DNA of 64,000 nt from Naegleria gruberi (taxonomy: Eukaryota). Positions 1 to 11,115 of the stretch are shown here, piece after piece. The translations under genes were made by a program, and so were the position numbers. Position 1 is the first letter of the stretch; every line of letters begins with the position of its first letter. The notes beneath the pieces were generated by a model, which worked only from the letters and a program-made list of their open reading frames with translations, ran no database searches and was not told the origin of the DNA. Where the stretch lies: NCBI GenBank assembly GCA_000004985.1, contig GG738899.1, one strand, 5' to 3'.

Positions 1-184
1 TTGAATGGTTAGATAATTTTCCAAATTGTTAGGATTTATTTGTACAGGATCAAATGATGGAAGCAGCAATTCCAAAGTTGCACCAGAATCTTCAATAGCT
101 TCACTCGATTCTGCTTGTCCCATTTTTTTTTGATTTTTTTGTAAATTAATGGATTCTAATTGGAAGGTTTCATTGTAAGCTGCA

Positions 185-764
185 TCATGTGAGTGGATAA
201 AACCCAACAATATCAACAATCCTATTGACAAACTTTCCATCGATATCATATTGTTCCAAACCATCAATTTGATTGCCAAATTCCTTTCCTAATACGGATA
301 TCAGATAGTTCTTATCCCACTCTGAATAATTCCAATAACAAAGATCCTCTTCTTTACATAATGGCTTTGGTAATAATTTATCCCCTAATAACACCTTATC
401 CTGTTCATCAATTGGTAAATGTTGCTTTCCCAAAAGAGTTTCTGATAACATTTGCACAACCTTTTCTCCATCCAAAAAACGAAGAATAAATCTCTCTGCT
501 ATAAAGCTTCCACTCCTAAACTTGAATCTGTTCTTAAAGAGTATTCAAATCTCTCAAGCACAACAACAAAACTTCATGCTTAACCTTCTTTGCCTCCTTG
601 CTGCTATTCTCTTCAAAAGCTGTTGAAAGTAATTGATGGTATGAATTATCTTCAAAGGGATTCTTGCGCTTCCTATGGGATACTATTTTTTTTTTGCTTA
701 ATTTTCTCCATTCACCAGAAGAAAACATAACTGTAATATATTGAAAAGTTTGAATCCCCTTCAA
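185..764 (-). CDS. fragmentary minus-strand gene: two ORF segments (534-764 and 185-475), neither starting with ATG; probably exons of one gene whose 5' end is unresolved
   Basis: Both track ORFs start at TTG. The 185-475 frame stays open upstream to about 545. No recognisable domain and no clean splice pair found. Confidence 0.25.
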
Positions 765-1044
765 TTAAAGTTTAATGGTTTTAAGGTTTGGAAAATTTGA
801 ATATTTTGGAACCAAAAGTAAAAAATATTAATTATTGTAAATTTTCAAATAGATCACTGAATGAGTTAATAGGTAGCAATCATACTGCAAACCAACCCTA
901 CTACAGGAGACTCGAGCTGCAGGTTAGGGTCATAGAAGGGGATTGCTGTAAAAAACCCGGAAGTGACCTCTGTAGTTTTTTACTTTATGATTTCCTTTTT
1001 CGTTTCTGAGGAACAATGAACAGTTTTACAAAAAATCAAAAAAA

Positions 1045-2172
1045 ATGTCGCAAGAATATTCAGCGATCGTGCTAGATAATGGCTCTTGCTCCATCAAAGC
1101 AGGTTTTTCAGGATGTGAGAATCCACAAGTAGTTTTTCCATCACTCATTGCTTCTCCTTTAAAATCCAAAGAATCTGAAAATATCAAAGAAATATACCTT
1201 GTGGGAGATGAAGCTAAAATTGACAGTAGAAAGAATGTTATGGTCAGATATCCAATAGAACATGGAGTAGTGACGAATTGGGAGGGGATGGAACAGATTT
1301 GGCGTCATGTTTTTAGTCAATTACAGGTGGATTGTGAAAATCATCCTGTTTTATTGACTCAACCTCCTTGTAATCCAAAACAAAATAGAGAAAAGATGAC
1401 TGAAATAATGTTCGAAACATTTAGAATACCATCCATGTATGTTTCTATTCCTGCTGTATTGTCCTTGTTTGCAACTGGGAGGACAACTGGAATAGTTTTA
1501 GATTCTGGAGATGGTGCGACGAATATTGTTCCAATTTTTGAATCACATGCTTTAGAATATGCTGTTAGGAGATTGGATTGGGCAGGTCGTGATTTGGATT
1601 ATTATATGTCTAGAATTCTAAGTGAAAGAGGGTTCTCATTCTTTACACGAGAGGAAATGGACATTGTGAGGGAAATTAAGGAAAAACTGTGTTATGTTGC
1701 ATTGGATTTTGATAAAGAAATGGAAAATACATCAAATAGCTTGGATGTTGATTATGAATTACCAGATGGTAACATTCTCACGATAGGAAATGAAAGGTTT
1801 CGATGCCCAGAAGTGTTTTTCAAACCACACTTAATAGGAATTGAAGAACAAGGCATTCATGAGGTGATAATTAATTCAATTGGAAAGTGTGATGTGGATA
1901 TAGGACATTTGAACTTGTATGGGAATGTAGTTCTTTCAGGAGGATCCACAATGTTTACAGGAATTGGAAAGAGGCTACAAAAGGAATTATCTGAACTAGC
2001 TCCTTACTCTATGAAAATTTCGGTTGTTGATTCCCTAGGGTTTGATAGGAAATTTTTGTCATGGATTGGAGGTAGTATCCTATCATCAATGACTGCATTT
2101 CAATCTGATTGGATAGTATCAAGAGAATATAAAGAAGTTGGAAGTAGCATCGTTCACAGAAAGTGTTTCTAA
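1045..2172 (+). CDS. divergent actin / actin-like protein (375 aa, single exon)
   Basis: True ATG. Full-length colinear match to actin landmarks (DNGSG-like N-terminus, [75 protein letters not shown] at the C-terminus). By eye about 60% identical to conventional actin. Confidence 0.85.
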   Translation: MSQEYSAIVLDNGSCSIKAGFSGCENPQVVFPSLIASPLKSKESENIKEIYLVGDEAKIDSRKNVMVRYPIEHGVVTNWEGMEQIWRHVFSQLQVDCENHPVLLTQPPCNPKQNREKMTEIMFETFRIPSMYVSIPAVLSLFATGRTTGIVLDSGDGATNIVPIFESHALEYAVRRLDWAGRDLDYYMSRILSERGFSFFTREEMDIVREIKEKLCYVALDFDKEMENTSNSLDVDYELPDGNILTIGNERFRCPEVFFKPHLIGIEEQGIHEVIINSIGKCDVDIGHLNLYGNVVLSGGSTMFTGIGKRLQKELSELAPYSMKISVVDSLGFDRKFLSWIGGSILSSMTAFQSDWIVSREYKEVGSSIVHRKCF

Positions 2173-2217
2173 AATACTAATTGGTAACGTAAAACACAAT
2201 AAGTTTAAGAATTTTAT

Positions 2218-5052
2218 TTACTTTTTGAAAATCAACTTTTTGGAAATCCACTCATTCATATCGGCTTCATTAACATTTTCATTCACTGCCTGTTCAATTA
2301 ATTCTGGAATATCAAAGTTGTTATCACTCATTACTAATTTCATATTCAATAAAGCTTGATGGTAGAATTGTTTAGTTTTCACAAGAACTTCCTCAGTCAA
2401 GTTTACAACCTTTTCTTGGAGAGGAGCCAATTCAGTTTCTAATTGAGCCTTTTGTTGAATGAGCTTATTTTCACTTTCCTTTTCAAGAGTTTGTTTTTGC
2501 TTTTGTAATTCTTCTTCCATTTTTTGTTGGAGTTTTCTTTCTGATTCCTGGTTTTCATTTCTCAAAGTTTCGAGTGCCTTTTCGTATTCTTCCTTCAAGA
2601 TAGATGATTGCTTGTTGAAATTTCTTTCAACATCTTCAACAGTTTGTTCATGCTTTTGGTTCCAAAGATTCTTTTCATTTTCCATTTCAAGGAGCCATTT
2701 TTCTCTTTCGATAGAAATTAATTCTTGAACATCTTGTTTCCATTTGATTTGTTCTTGTTGAAGGACTTGGGCAATTCTGTTTTCGATGGCTAGTTTTCTT
2801 TCTTGTTCCTCTTCTGCAGAACGTTTCAGATCGACTGTAGGTTGTGAGCTATTCTTCTCCAATTGCTTGGATTTCTCATCAAGTTCCTTTTCCCTTGTTT
2901 CCAAATTGAGTTGGAGTCTTTCACAGAATTCAGATAATTCCTTGTTGTGTTCTTCCTTTTCTTCAATTTGACTCTTTAAAGAATTTGTTTGTTGTTCTAG
3001 CTCTGCTTTTTCCTTTTGGATAATTTCCAAAGTTTCAGTTAAATTCTTAACTGAGTCTTCCTTTTGTAGATTGTTAAAGCTCTCCTTCTTGAGTTCGATA
3101 ATTAATTCATCCTTATAGGAAATGTCCTTTCTGAGCTCTTCCAATTCTTGACTCAGAATAATGATTTGTTGTTGGTAATCATCTTCCAATTCCTTCATGT
3201 GCTCTTCCATAAGTTTGAGAGCATTATCTGTTGGTTGTGTTGATTCAGAGCTTGCTGTTTGAGTATTATCATCTGAGGAATCACTCTTATTGATAACAGA
3301 GTTCAATTGTTGCATCATTGAGGATGTGAATTGAGCTGATCTTCTACTGGACATGACTGAAAACTCATCATTTCCGAGAGCTGACAAGTTGATAGAAAAT
3401 CTATTACTAGATCTTGGTGTTGTGACAGAGGAGCTTCCACTTGATTGTGAAGGGAAAATTTGCTCTGCATTCTCAATCAAAAATCTACAGACTTGACAAA
3501 TAATTGGTAGAGTTTGTTGTTGCTTTTGTAAGTGAGCACGAATGGACATTCTCTTGAAATCATCCAACACAACAGCGACAGATGATTGAGGGACGAACAT
3601 TAAATTAGTAGACATGACAATAGCCATAGTCTTTGGTGTCATTTTAGTGTCATTGGCATACTCACCAATAGAGGCCATTCTCAAAATACTCAACAATTCT
3701 CTCAGAACTGCTTGATTGACCTGAGGTAGAGTGTGAACAAGTCTCTTAGTTGATTCCAAAACATGGAAATAGTCCTTACTGGCTTCTTGTGTAATTCCAT
3801 CTACATCAGCATGAGGTTCAAACAATCGAATGAATTCATCGTATTTCTCATAACTCAACAATGGATCTTGCATTTCACGAAGGAAACGTTTGATGAGATC
3901 AGCAACCAAGTGAGCATCTGTATTTGGAGGGAAATGAATTCCATTAGGGAAAATAGTTGGGAAGGCCAACAAGGTATTGAACTTTTTCATAAACTTTTCA
4001 ATCTTGACCTTGGATCCAGCTTGTCTGAAGATTCCTTCATTGGCCACACGTGGAGTTTGACTTGAAGGATCGTTGGACTTTAAAAAGTGGAAACAAGCTC
4101 TCAAAACAAAAGGAATTTTCACATCTCTCAACAGGTACAATGTTGGTTCTTTCACATGCAAACGTTCTTCATCTGTCAGTGATGCATATAATGTGTCAAT
4201 ATTCTTCAAATCTACATTATTTGCACAGAGTGAGAGTGTTTGGGGTGAGAGAACAGTTAGTGGACTGAGAAGTGTTGTGAATGGAGTCTTTTTTCTAGAT
4301 TCAATCTCTGAAATAATCCAATTACTATTTAAGGTGTTATAAGTCTTTAAACTCTTCATTAAAAAGTGGAAATTGAAAAGAGTTTCATTCTTACAAATAG
4401 TTTGTAAGTAATTTCCAAATACTTTAGCTTTGAAAGGTGCACAATTTGGGAATAATTCCAAATAAAGAGTGTCAATTGTTGGTGGTTGATTATCAGCTGA
4501 AATCAAATGATAACTATGAGCATATTCCTTCATGGAAAATACAGTTGATTTCATCTTGATGAATTCTCTCTTCATTTCTCCATCATTCATCTCATCAGAA
4601 TCATTAGAAGTAGTACTTTGATGTGAAGTATTCTTTGAAACTAAACCTTCTGAAATATCTTGTTTATCATAGTAGAAACTTCCTGGAATACTCTTTCTCT
4701 TCTTTCCTCCACCGTATACCATTCCAACCAAGTTTGCTCCAAAACTCTTCATTCTGTCATGTTTTGATGAACTAGCGTCATTAGAAACACTTGACATATC
4801 AGAAGTGTCATCACTCAAACCAACAACCATTTCTGAAGAAATATTTGATGTAGTTGTCATGACAAAACACGAATTTTGTGGGAAAATCATTTGAAGATCA
4901 TCTTGTAATTGTAGTAAAATATCGTTAAAAGTTGTTTGTTTTGATTTCTTCCCATTCAATTCGAAAGTTTTTGTGTGGAGAACAGAATTTGATTGATCGG
5001 TAGGAGAAAGTTCAATATACAATCGAATTTTTGTTAAATTATTTGAGGACAT
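2218..5052 (-). CDS. RhoGAP-domain protein with long C-terminal coiled coil (944 aa); a short unannotated 5' exon is possible
   Basis: ATG at 5052. RhoGAP arginine-finger region (EGIFRQAGS...KIEKF) followed by HLVADLIKRFLREMQDPLL. The C-terminal ~350 aa is E/K/Q-rich heptad-like sequence. The frame stays open upstream of the ATG, so the start is not certain. Confidence 0.7.
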   Translation of the reverse strand: MSSNNLTKIRLYIELSPTDQSNSVLHTKTFELNGKKSKQTTFNDILLQLQDDLQMIFPQNSCFVMTTTSNISSEMVVGLSDDTSDMSSVSNDASSSKHDRMKSFGANLVGMVYGGGKKRKSIPGSFYYDKQDISEGLVSKNTSHQSTTSNDSDEMNDGEMKREFIKMKSTVFSMKEYAHSYHLISADNQPPTIDTLYLELFPNCAPFKAKVFGNYLQTICKNETLFNFHFLMKSLKTYNTLNSNWIISEIESRKKTPFTTLLSPLTVLSPQTLSLCANNVDLKNIDTLYASLTDEERLHVKEPTLYLLRDVKIPFVLRACFHFLKSNDPSSQTPRVANEGIFRQAGSKVKIEKFMKKFNTLLAFPTIFPNGIHFPPNTDAHLVADLIKRFLREMQDPLLSYEKYDEFIRLFEPHADVDGITQEASKDYFHVLESTKRLVHTLPQVNQAVLRELLSILRMASIGEYANDTKMTPKTMAIVMSTNLMFVPQSSVAVVLDDFKRMSIRAHLQKQQQTLPIICQVCRFLIENAEQIFPSQSSGSSSVTTPRSSNRFSINLSALGNDEFSVMSSRRSAQFTSSMMQQLNSVINKSDSSDDNTQTASSESTQPTDNALKLMEEHMKELEDDYQQQIIILSQELEELRKDISYKDELIIELKKESFNNLQKEDSVKNLTETLEIIQKEKAELEQQTNSLKSQIEEKEEHNKELSEFCERLQLNLETREKELDEKSKQLEKNSSQPTVDLKRSAEEEQERKLAIENRIAQVLQQEQIKWKQDVQELISIEREKWLLEMENEKNLWNQKHEQTVEDVERNFNKQSSILKEEYEKALETLRNENQESERKLQQKMEEELQKQKQTLEKESENKLIQQKAQLETELAPLQEKVVNLTEEVLVKTKQFYHQALLNMKLVMSDNNFDIPELIEQAVNENVNEADMNEWISKKLIFKK

Positions 5053-6094
5053 GTTATTTGATGATGATGATATATTATGCTGCTGATGATGATTTTAACA
5101 AGTAAGAATTTTGATCATTAAATTCGTCGACTTTCTTTGTGAAAGTTTCTTGATTTTTTTCAAATTCGTACAAAGCTTGTCATTCATCAATCAGAGAATG
5201 GGAAGGTGATACTTGCTTTGTGGAAGATGTTCGACAAATGAATTATTGTTATCTTCACAATTTTCTTCTTCATCATATTTTACATCTAACCGATGAATGA
5301 AAGAACAAGTTGAAGGAGTTTATTATTGTCATCATGAAGGAAGAATATTGTGTGATGTGGTATCAATCTTTACCTGTACGAGGAAGGAAGGAGAGAAATT
5401 TACTGGAAGGCACTGGTGGGTTGCCTTCTTGTTATTCTCTCCAAAGTACATCACCATGTGTGGTTAGAATATTATCGTGAAGCCTTCTTCACCTCTGTCT
5501 AAGACAATGTTAATTCATCATTGAATTGTTCCGTGCAGAGTATTACTCCAGAGTATTACTTCTTCTGTACAAACAATGTCTTTTCTCTCTGGAAGGATCT
5601 GGGGAAAGCCGTTATATCTTCAACGACGAAGTCCTAACAAGATGATCCCACCATTAAACTCTGACAAAATCATAATAATGTGATGAATTATATTCTTCTT
5701 CTTCTTATCGGAGAGGTACCAATAAATTCGTTGTTCAACTTGGGTGTTGGTTGCTTGTGGCGCAAGATGATGAAGAGCCTTGTTTGTTGTTGGTTCAAGA
5801 CTTTACATTCCGTGTTGATGATTATCTACCTGTGTGAGCGTTAGGTTTGGAAGAGCCTTGTTTTTTCACCAATGTTAATAGTGTGTAATACTGGCGAAGA
5901 ATATTTTGTAAACACAAAGTGGATCCAAATGTAACGGTTTTGTAAACTCTTCTTACCGTTACCAAATTTTTGAGAAAGTGACGAAACCGCTGAGTTATTT
6001 AAAATGGCGCGTTTTCACACCGTTTTTAAAATCAACAAACAAAAAAAAAACAAAACAATTCGTATTTACGAACAAACAACAACAAAACAAATAA

Positions 6095-6412
<318 letters not shown>

Positions 6413-6772
6413 ATTGCTTTGCAAATTAGTAATTAATAATTATTGGATGATGAAAATCATCTAGCAAACATTTTCCCAACAAACAACTCGTCAAGAAATT
6501 GACACCCTAGGCTCTTGTACAAATAAATTATTAAAAATCAATAATTATTGAATATAATTTTAATTAAATTGTTTTGTTGGTGCGTATAATTCCAGCATAA
6601 TGAACTATTTAGTTTGTAGATAAGAGTGATATTAACAGAGATGGAAGAACAATTTACAAGAGATTTTATCACGCTCAATCTAATAATAAGATCAAGTTCT
6701 TTCATGCAAATCTCTTCATAAGAACAATTGGAAAATCAAAACATCACAGAAAACAATAAAAAGAAAATACAA

Positions 6773-8420
6773 ATGCTACCATCATCCGATACTAACAAAC
6801 CAAACAATACTTGTTACGAAATTGCAGGTGTTGGCTTTGCTGTTGCCCCCAAGACAGATTGCCCACACTTTGACTCTGAAGAGCACTTTGCTGTCCCATG
6901 GAATGATAGAAAGGCCATCAAGGAACTCTTCACAAAGGATGCTCCGTGTAGACATTGCCACTCCACAGCAGAGAATTGGTTCTGTCTCAAGTGCCAAGAT
7001 GTTTGTTGCTCTCGTTACCAGAAGAGCCACATGTTGCATCACTATGAAAAGACTGGTCATGCTTTGGTGTTGAGTTTAGCCGATCATTCATTGTATTGCT
7101 ATGAATGTGATGCCTATGTAGAGAACAAGACTTTAACAAGATTGCTCTTGAGAGAGTTACATCATGTAAAGTTTGGAGAATATCCAGGTGCTAATGGAGC
7201 CTCAGTAGAGATGGAAGAAGCCATTGAAAAGTTGAGAAATGTCTCTGAAGCCATTGAAGAGGAGAAGAAGAAGGTTGATTCGGAGAAGGAAAAAGCCTTT
7301 GAAATTCTAGCTGAAAAGATTCAAAGTGCCTCTGATGAATCAATTATTGTATTGACTGGAGCTGGATTGTCCACTAGGTAGGTTTATTCATTATTATTAT
7401 CCTTATTATTGATTGTTAATATTATTATCATCATCATTATACTTGTTATAATATTCAATGATTCAATTGTAATATTTAAATATTATTAATGATAATAATT
7501 GGATAGTGCTGGAATTCCTGATTTTAGAACTCCTGGAACTGGATTGTATGATAATTTACAAAAGTATAATTTGCCTCATCCAACAGCCATTTTCGAGTTG
7601 AAATATCTTCCAACTAATCCTCATCCATTCTTCCATTTGAGTAGAGATTTCATTTCTTCTGGATATAAACCAACTAAAGCTCACTACTTTATCAAATTGT
7701 TGGAAGAAAAGAACAAGTTGAAGAGATTATATACTCAAAATATTGATGGTTTGGAAGCCAAGTCAGGTAGGTTTGTCAATATTACAGAATATTTATTGTG
7801 ACAATTTTCAATCATTTAAAGGAATTACAAAGGAGCACTTGGTAAATTGTCACGGAATGTACGATATTGGTCACTGTATTGAATGTTCAAAGGAATATTC
7901 ATTGTCTGAAATTGTAAAAAAGATGGGAACTGATGAAGAAGTCCAAATTCCAAAGTGTGACAAGTGTGGACATATTGTCAAACCAGATATTGTCTTGTTC
8001 GGAGAGTCATTACCTAACAAATACGTAGATTGTTGCAAATCAGATTTGCTTCGTTCCAAGGATTGTGAAGTCTTCATTGTCATTGGTACTTCCTTGTCAG
8101 TCTAGTAAGTAATTGAATTATTTTTTTATTGACCTAATAATTGTAAAAATAGTCCTGTTGCTGGTTTACCAGAATATGCTCCAGAAGGATCAACACGTGC
8201 TCTTCTTAATCGTGAAAAATGTGGACCTTTCAGTAAGGTGAAAGGAAATGTTGCTGAAGTTGGAGATGATTCAGATTATTTGGATTTGTTCCTTGGTGGA
8301 GAGGATTCATCCATTGATGAATGTGTTGAAAAATTATGTAAATTATTAGGATGGGAAGCTGAATTGGAGGAATTATATGTTAAAGGACCAGTCGATCTCG
8401 TAGAATTGAGTAAGAAATAA
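6773..8420 (+). CDS. sirtuin (SIRT2-class NAD-dependent deacetylase) with an N-terminal zf-UBP zinc finger; 4 exons: 6773-7377, 7507-7766, 7822-8104, 8153-8420 (~472 aa)
   Basis: Exon 1 has a zf-UBP Cys/His pattern (CPHF...W.CLKC..V.C.RY...H...H....GH...........YCYECD). Splicing at GTAGGT(7378)...AG(7506) restores [21 protein letters not shown]. Exon 2 contains TQNIDGLE. Splicing at GTAGGT(7767)...AG(7821) continues into HG..D..HC..C. Splicing at GTAAGT(8105)...AG(8152) continues into the C-terminal sirtuin helices. Without these introns the frame hits stops. Confidence 0.8.
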
Positions 8421-8629
8421 ATGCAACAATTAACTTCATCTCTCTACTTCTTCATGTACTGAAAAGGTTGGAATAACAACAAAGAAAAATACATAGAGAA
8501 GGGCAGAGAGAAACAATTGCATTTATCAGAGAATCCCATAAATACAAGAATTGACTTCCTTTGAACTTCTTAGAACATTTTTGAAAATTATTAGTGAAAG
8601 GGCGAGATCTGTAAATCAAGTTAAAAAAA

Positions 8630-9439
8630 ATGGTGTTTCGTCTCTTCTCAAAGATTCGAACAGTTGATGCTAATGATGACCTTTCAACTGTTTCAGAACA
8701 AGAATCTCACGTTCCAGTTCCAGTGGTAGTTTCTGTTAAAGTTTCACCATTAAAAATTACACAACATTCTCTCAAAATATTAGAAAAAGTAAATAGGGAT
8801 GAATTATTAATTGTTGGATGTTTTCTAAATACTTCCGAGCTAGCAAATCTTGCTTCATGTAATCAACAATTACTGGAATTTTTCTTTAATTTGACAATTG
8901 ACAAGGTCAATTTAATAGCAAACAGGAAAAAAGAATTCTCAACTGTGAACATGGATTCAAGAATTGTTTCAATCAAGGATGTTTACCAAGAGAATGATGA
9001 ATTATTCTCAACAACTCAAACAATAATTTGGAAACCACTTGTTCTACATTATTTTCCAAGTTATTCGAAATCTCTGAATGTGAAAAATTGGATGCACATA
9101 TTAAGGAGAAGATTCACCCACCTTCAGATACACATGCCAAGATCCAAAAACCAAAACCAAATTCAAATAATTGGCGGTACTGATAAATATCAAAGGGAAT
9201 TCGTTGAAGGTTGCGAATGGGAATACGAATGTCCACTCAAAATCACCTCAATGACTTTCATTTCCGAGGAAATGGTGTTTTGCAATGTTTGTAAGGAGAA
9301 TATTTACAAAGTTCATAATGAAACTGATTTGAACTATCACACCGAACAAGGACATTGTGTAATTCTAACCGAAAAAAAACGACTTAGAATTGGAAAGACG
9401 TATAATCCTAATTATCATAAACTTCCTGCTGTTCGTTAA
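8630..9439 (+). CDS. hypothetical protein (269 aa) with a possible F-box-like N-terminal region and a C-terminal C2H2-like zinc finger
   Basis: True ATG, single ORF. C..C...............H....H spacing near the C-terminus. No strong family call. Confidence 0.45.
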   Translation: MVFRLFSKIRTVDANDDLSTVSEQESHVPVPVVVSVKVSPLKITQHSLKILEKVNRDELLIVGCFLNTSELANLASCNQQLLEFFFNLTIDKVNLIANRKKEFSTVNMDSRIVSIKDVYQENDELFSTTQTIIWKPLVLHYFPSYSKSLNVKNWMHILRRRFTHLQIHMPRSKNQNQIQIIGGTDKYQREFVEGCEWEYECPLKITSMTFISEEMVFCNVCKENIYKVHNETDLNYHTEQGHCVILTEKKRLRIGKTYNPNYHKLPAVR

Positions 9440-9748
9440 CTCCAATTTTTTTGTTATTATTTTCATGTAGTTTATCAAATAGGTTGCTTTTTCTGAACTA
9501 TCATTTAGTCAACTGAAAAATATGAGAAAGAGGTGAAGTTAATACTCTTGCTCACCGTCGAAGATGGTTTGAATTAAGGTAAACACTTGTACAAAAAGAA
9601 TACAGAGAAGCGTCCAACAGGTGTCATTGTCCTGACATATGCCAAAGTTGTTATATATGCTCAGATTCAAATAAATTCACTTAATTCCTATCCTAGTGAC
9701 TTGTTTCAACTTAAATCGGTTTATATTTCACAAGTTAAGATTATGAAT

Positions 9749-9866
9749 GGCTACGGCCATATCACGATTCATGCACCTCATCCCGTCCGATTTGAGAAGT
9801 TAAGCATCGTCGAGCCACATCAGTACTGAGGTTGGAGACAACTTGGGAACCTGTGGTGCTGTAGTC
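9749..9866 (+). rRNA. 5S ribosomal RNA gene, copy 1 (118 nt)
   Basis: GGCTACGGCCATATCACG...CCGTCCGATTTGAGAAGTTAAGC...GTACTGAGGTTGGAGACAACTTGGGAACCTGTGGTGCTGTAGTC matches the 5S consensus architecture (helix I ends pair, loop C GAGAAGTTAAGC region). It is followed by a T6 Pol III terminator. Confidence 0.9.
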
Positions 9867-9872
9867 TTTTTT
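9867..9872 (+). terminator. Pol III T-run terminator of 5S copy 1
   Basis: TTTTTT immediately after the 5S 3' end. Confidence 0.7.
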
Positions 9873-9971
9873 ATTTTTTCTCTATTTCTATTTTTCTGTG
9901 ATATAAAGCACCTTAATTAATATCAGTTGTGGACTAGATCTATTAGCAACTTATTTTCTTCTTGAATAACT

Positions 9972-10043
9972 TCCCGTGTAGTCCAATGGCTAGGATACCT
10001 GGCTTTCACCCAGGAGGTCCGGGTTCAATTCCCGGCATGGGAG
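9972..10043 (+). tRNA. tRNA-Glu (anticodon UUC), copy 1, 72 nt
   Basis: Cloverleaf: acceptor TCCCGTG/CATGGGA, D arm GTCC..GGAT, anticodon stem CCTGG/CCAGG with loop CTTTCAC (UUC), T arm CCGGG-TTCAATT-CCCGG. 105 nt downstream of 5S copy 1. Confidence 0.9.
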
Positions 10044-10117
10044 GATAATTTTGCAAAAGATAATTTATTTGGTAACCTTTTATTAATGGAAAGGGTTATT
10101 GAAATGGAACAGTTGAC

Positions 10118-10612
10118 TTAATCAATAATGGTTTTCTTTAACTTTTCTTCAATTTCTTCCTTTTGCTTTTTCACACTTTCAGCTTGTTGTTTCAAACTTT
10201 CAATTCGATTATTGAGTTGATCACTGATGGTTCCTCCCAATAACAACACAGTTTCATTTTGTGCATTCATTTCTTTCTGAACCATTTCTAATTCTATTAA
10301 CATGTATTCTAATTGCATAGACATCTCTTGGAAGTCTTCAGCTTTTCTCTTTTTCATTTCTATCATTTCAATGAATTGTTTCTTGACATTTTCAATTTCG
10401 AATAATTCTTGTGATGCTTGTTCAACTCTATAAGCTTTTTCTCCGATCACTTTCGAATAATTCTTGATCAAGGTTCTCCAAAAGGTTTCTGATTGAACCA
10501 ATTGTTCATGAATTTTTTTGTTGATCGAAAGAATATTTCCCAAATGTTTAACGGAGAGAATGGAAAATATTTCAATTTGCAACTCGGAGGGAAGATCAAC
10601 AAAGTTTGACAT
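10118..10612 (-). CDS. small F-box-like / coiled-coil protein (164 aa)
   Basis: True ATG. N-terminal LPSELQIEIFSILSVKHL F-box-like motif, with the rest predicted coiled coil. Confidence 0.5.
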   Translation of the reverse strand: MSNFVDLPSELQIEIFSILSVKHLGNILSINKKIHEQLVQSETFWRTLIKNYSKVIGEKAYRVEQASQELFEIENVKKQFIEMIEMKKRKAEDFQEMSMQLEYMLIELEMVQKEMNAQNETVLLLGGTISDQLNNRIESLKQQAESVKKQKEEIEEKLKKTIID

Positions 10613-11115
10613 TTTTTAAAATTGTTATTGGATGAGATTTTTGAAATTGCATAATATCATGATTTGATGAAGGTAAATAATTTATTGTTGTCATTCTTCC
10701 GATCAAAGCTTTGATTTCATATTAGATTTTATCTATCTTAAAGATTTTGCTTTGTGTTTTCTGGCTGATTCCGAAGGAGAATTAAATAATTTATTTAATT
10801 CATTGTAAAAAAGAAGAATATTAATATTGCAATCAGACTGAATTTGAACCACTCTATTTTTAAATTATACAAAGCAACACAAAGAATATGAAAATGAATG
10901 TGCATATTTGAAATTGAAGATGAGGGTCATTTTCGTAAGTGAATCAGATTCAAATTCAAACACAAGTCTGAAAGTGAAGCTGTGGTGGAGGTTCAAATTG
11001 AAAACAAGCTATTTAAACAGCTCTCGAGATATTCTCACTCCATCAAACCAAACAAAAAAAACAAGTTAACAAACAGCTCATTCAGCTCAATATTCAAATA
11101 CAGTAAATTTAAAAT

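Noticed and set aside
2138-5052. Numerous 60-110-aa ORFs antisense to or overlapping the large genes (for example 2459-2728, 2786-2971, 3763-4065, 36373-36633, 37903-38184, 58548-59503)
   Set aside because: They lie inside well-supported long ORFs on the opposite strand or in alternative frames, have biased low-complexity composition, and lack ATG or domain support.
9587-9829. 80-aa plus-strand ORF overlapping 5S rRNA copy 1; similarly ORF 18200-18436 over tRNA-Glu copy 2 and ORF 13847-14086 over tRNA-Leu
   Set aside because: These ORFs are driven entirely by the structured RNA genes and have no coding features. The RNA genes explain the sequence.
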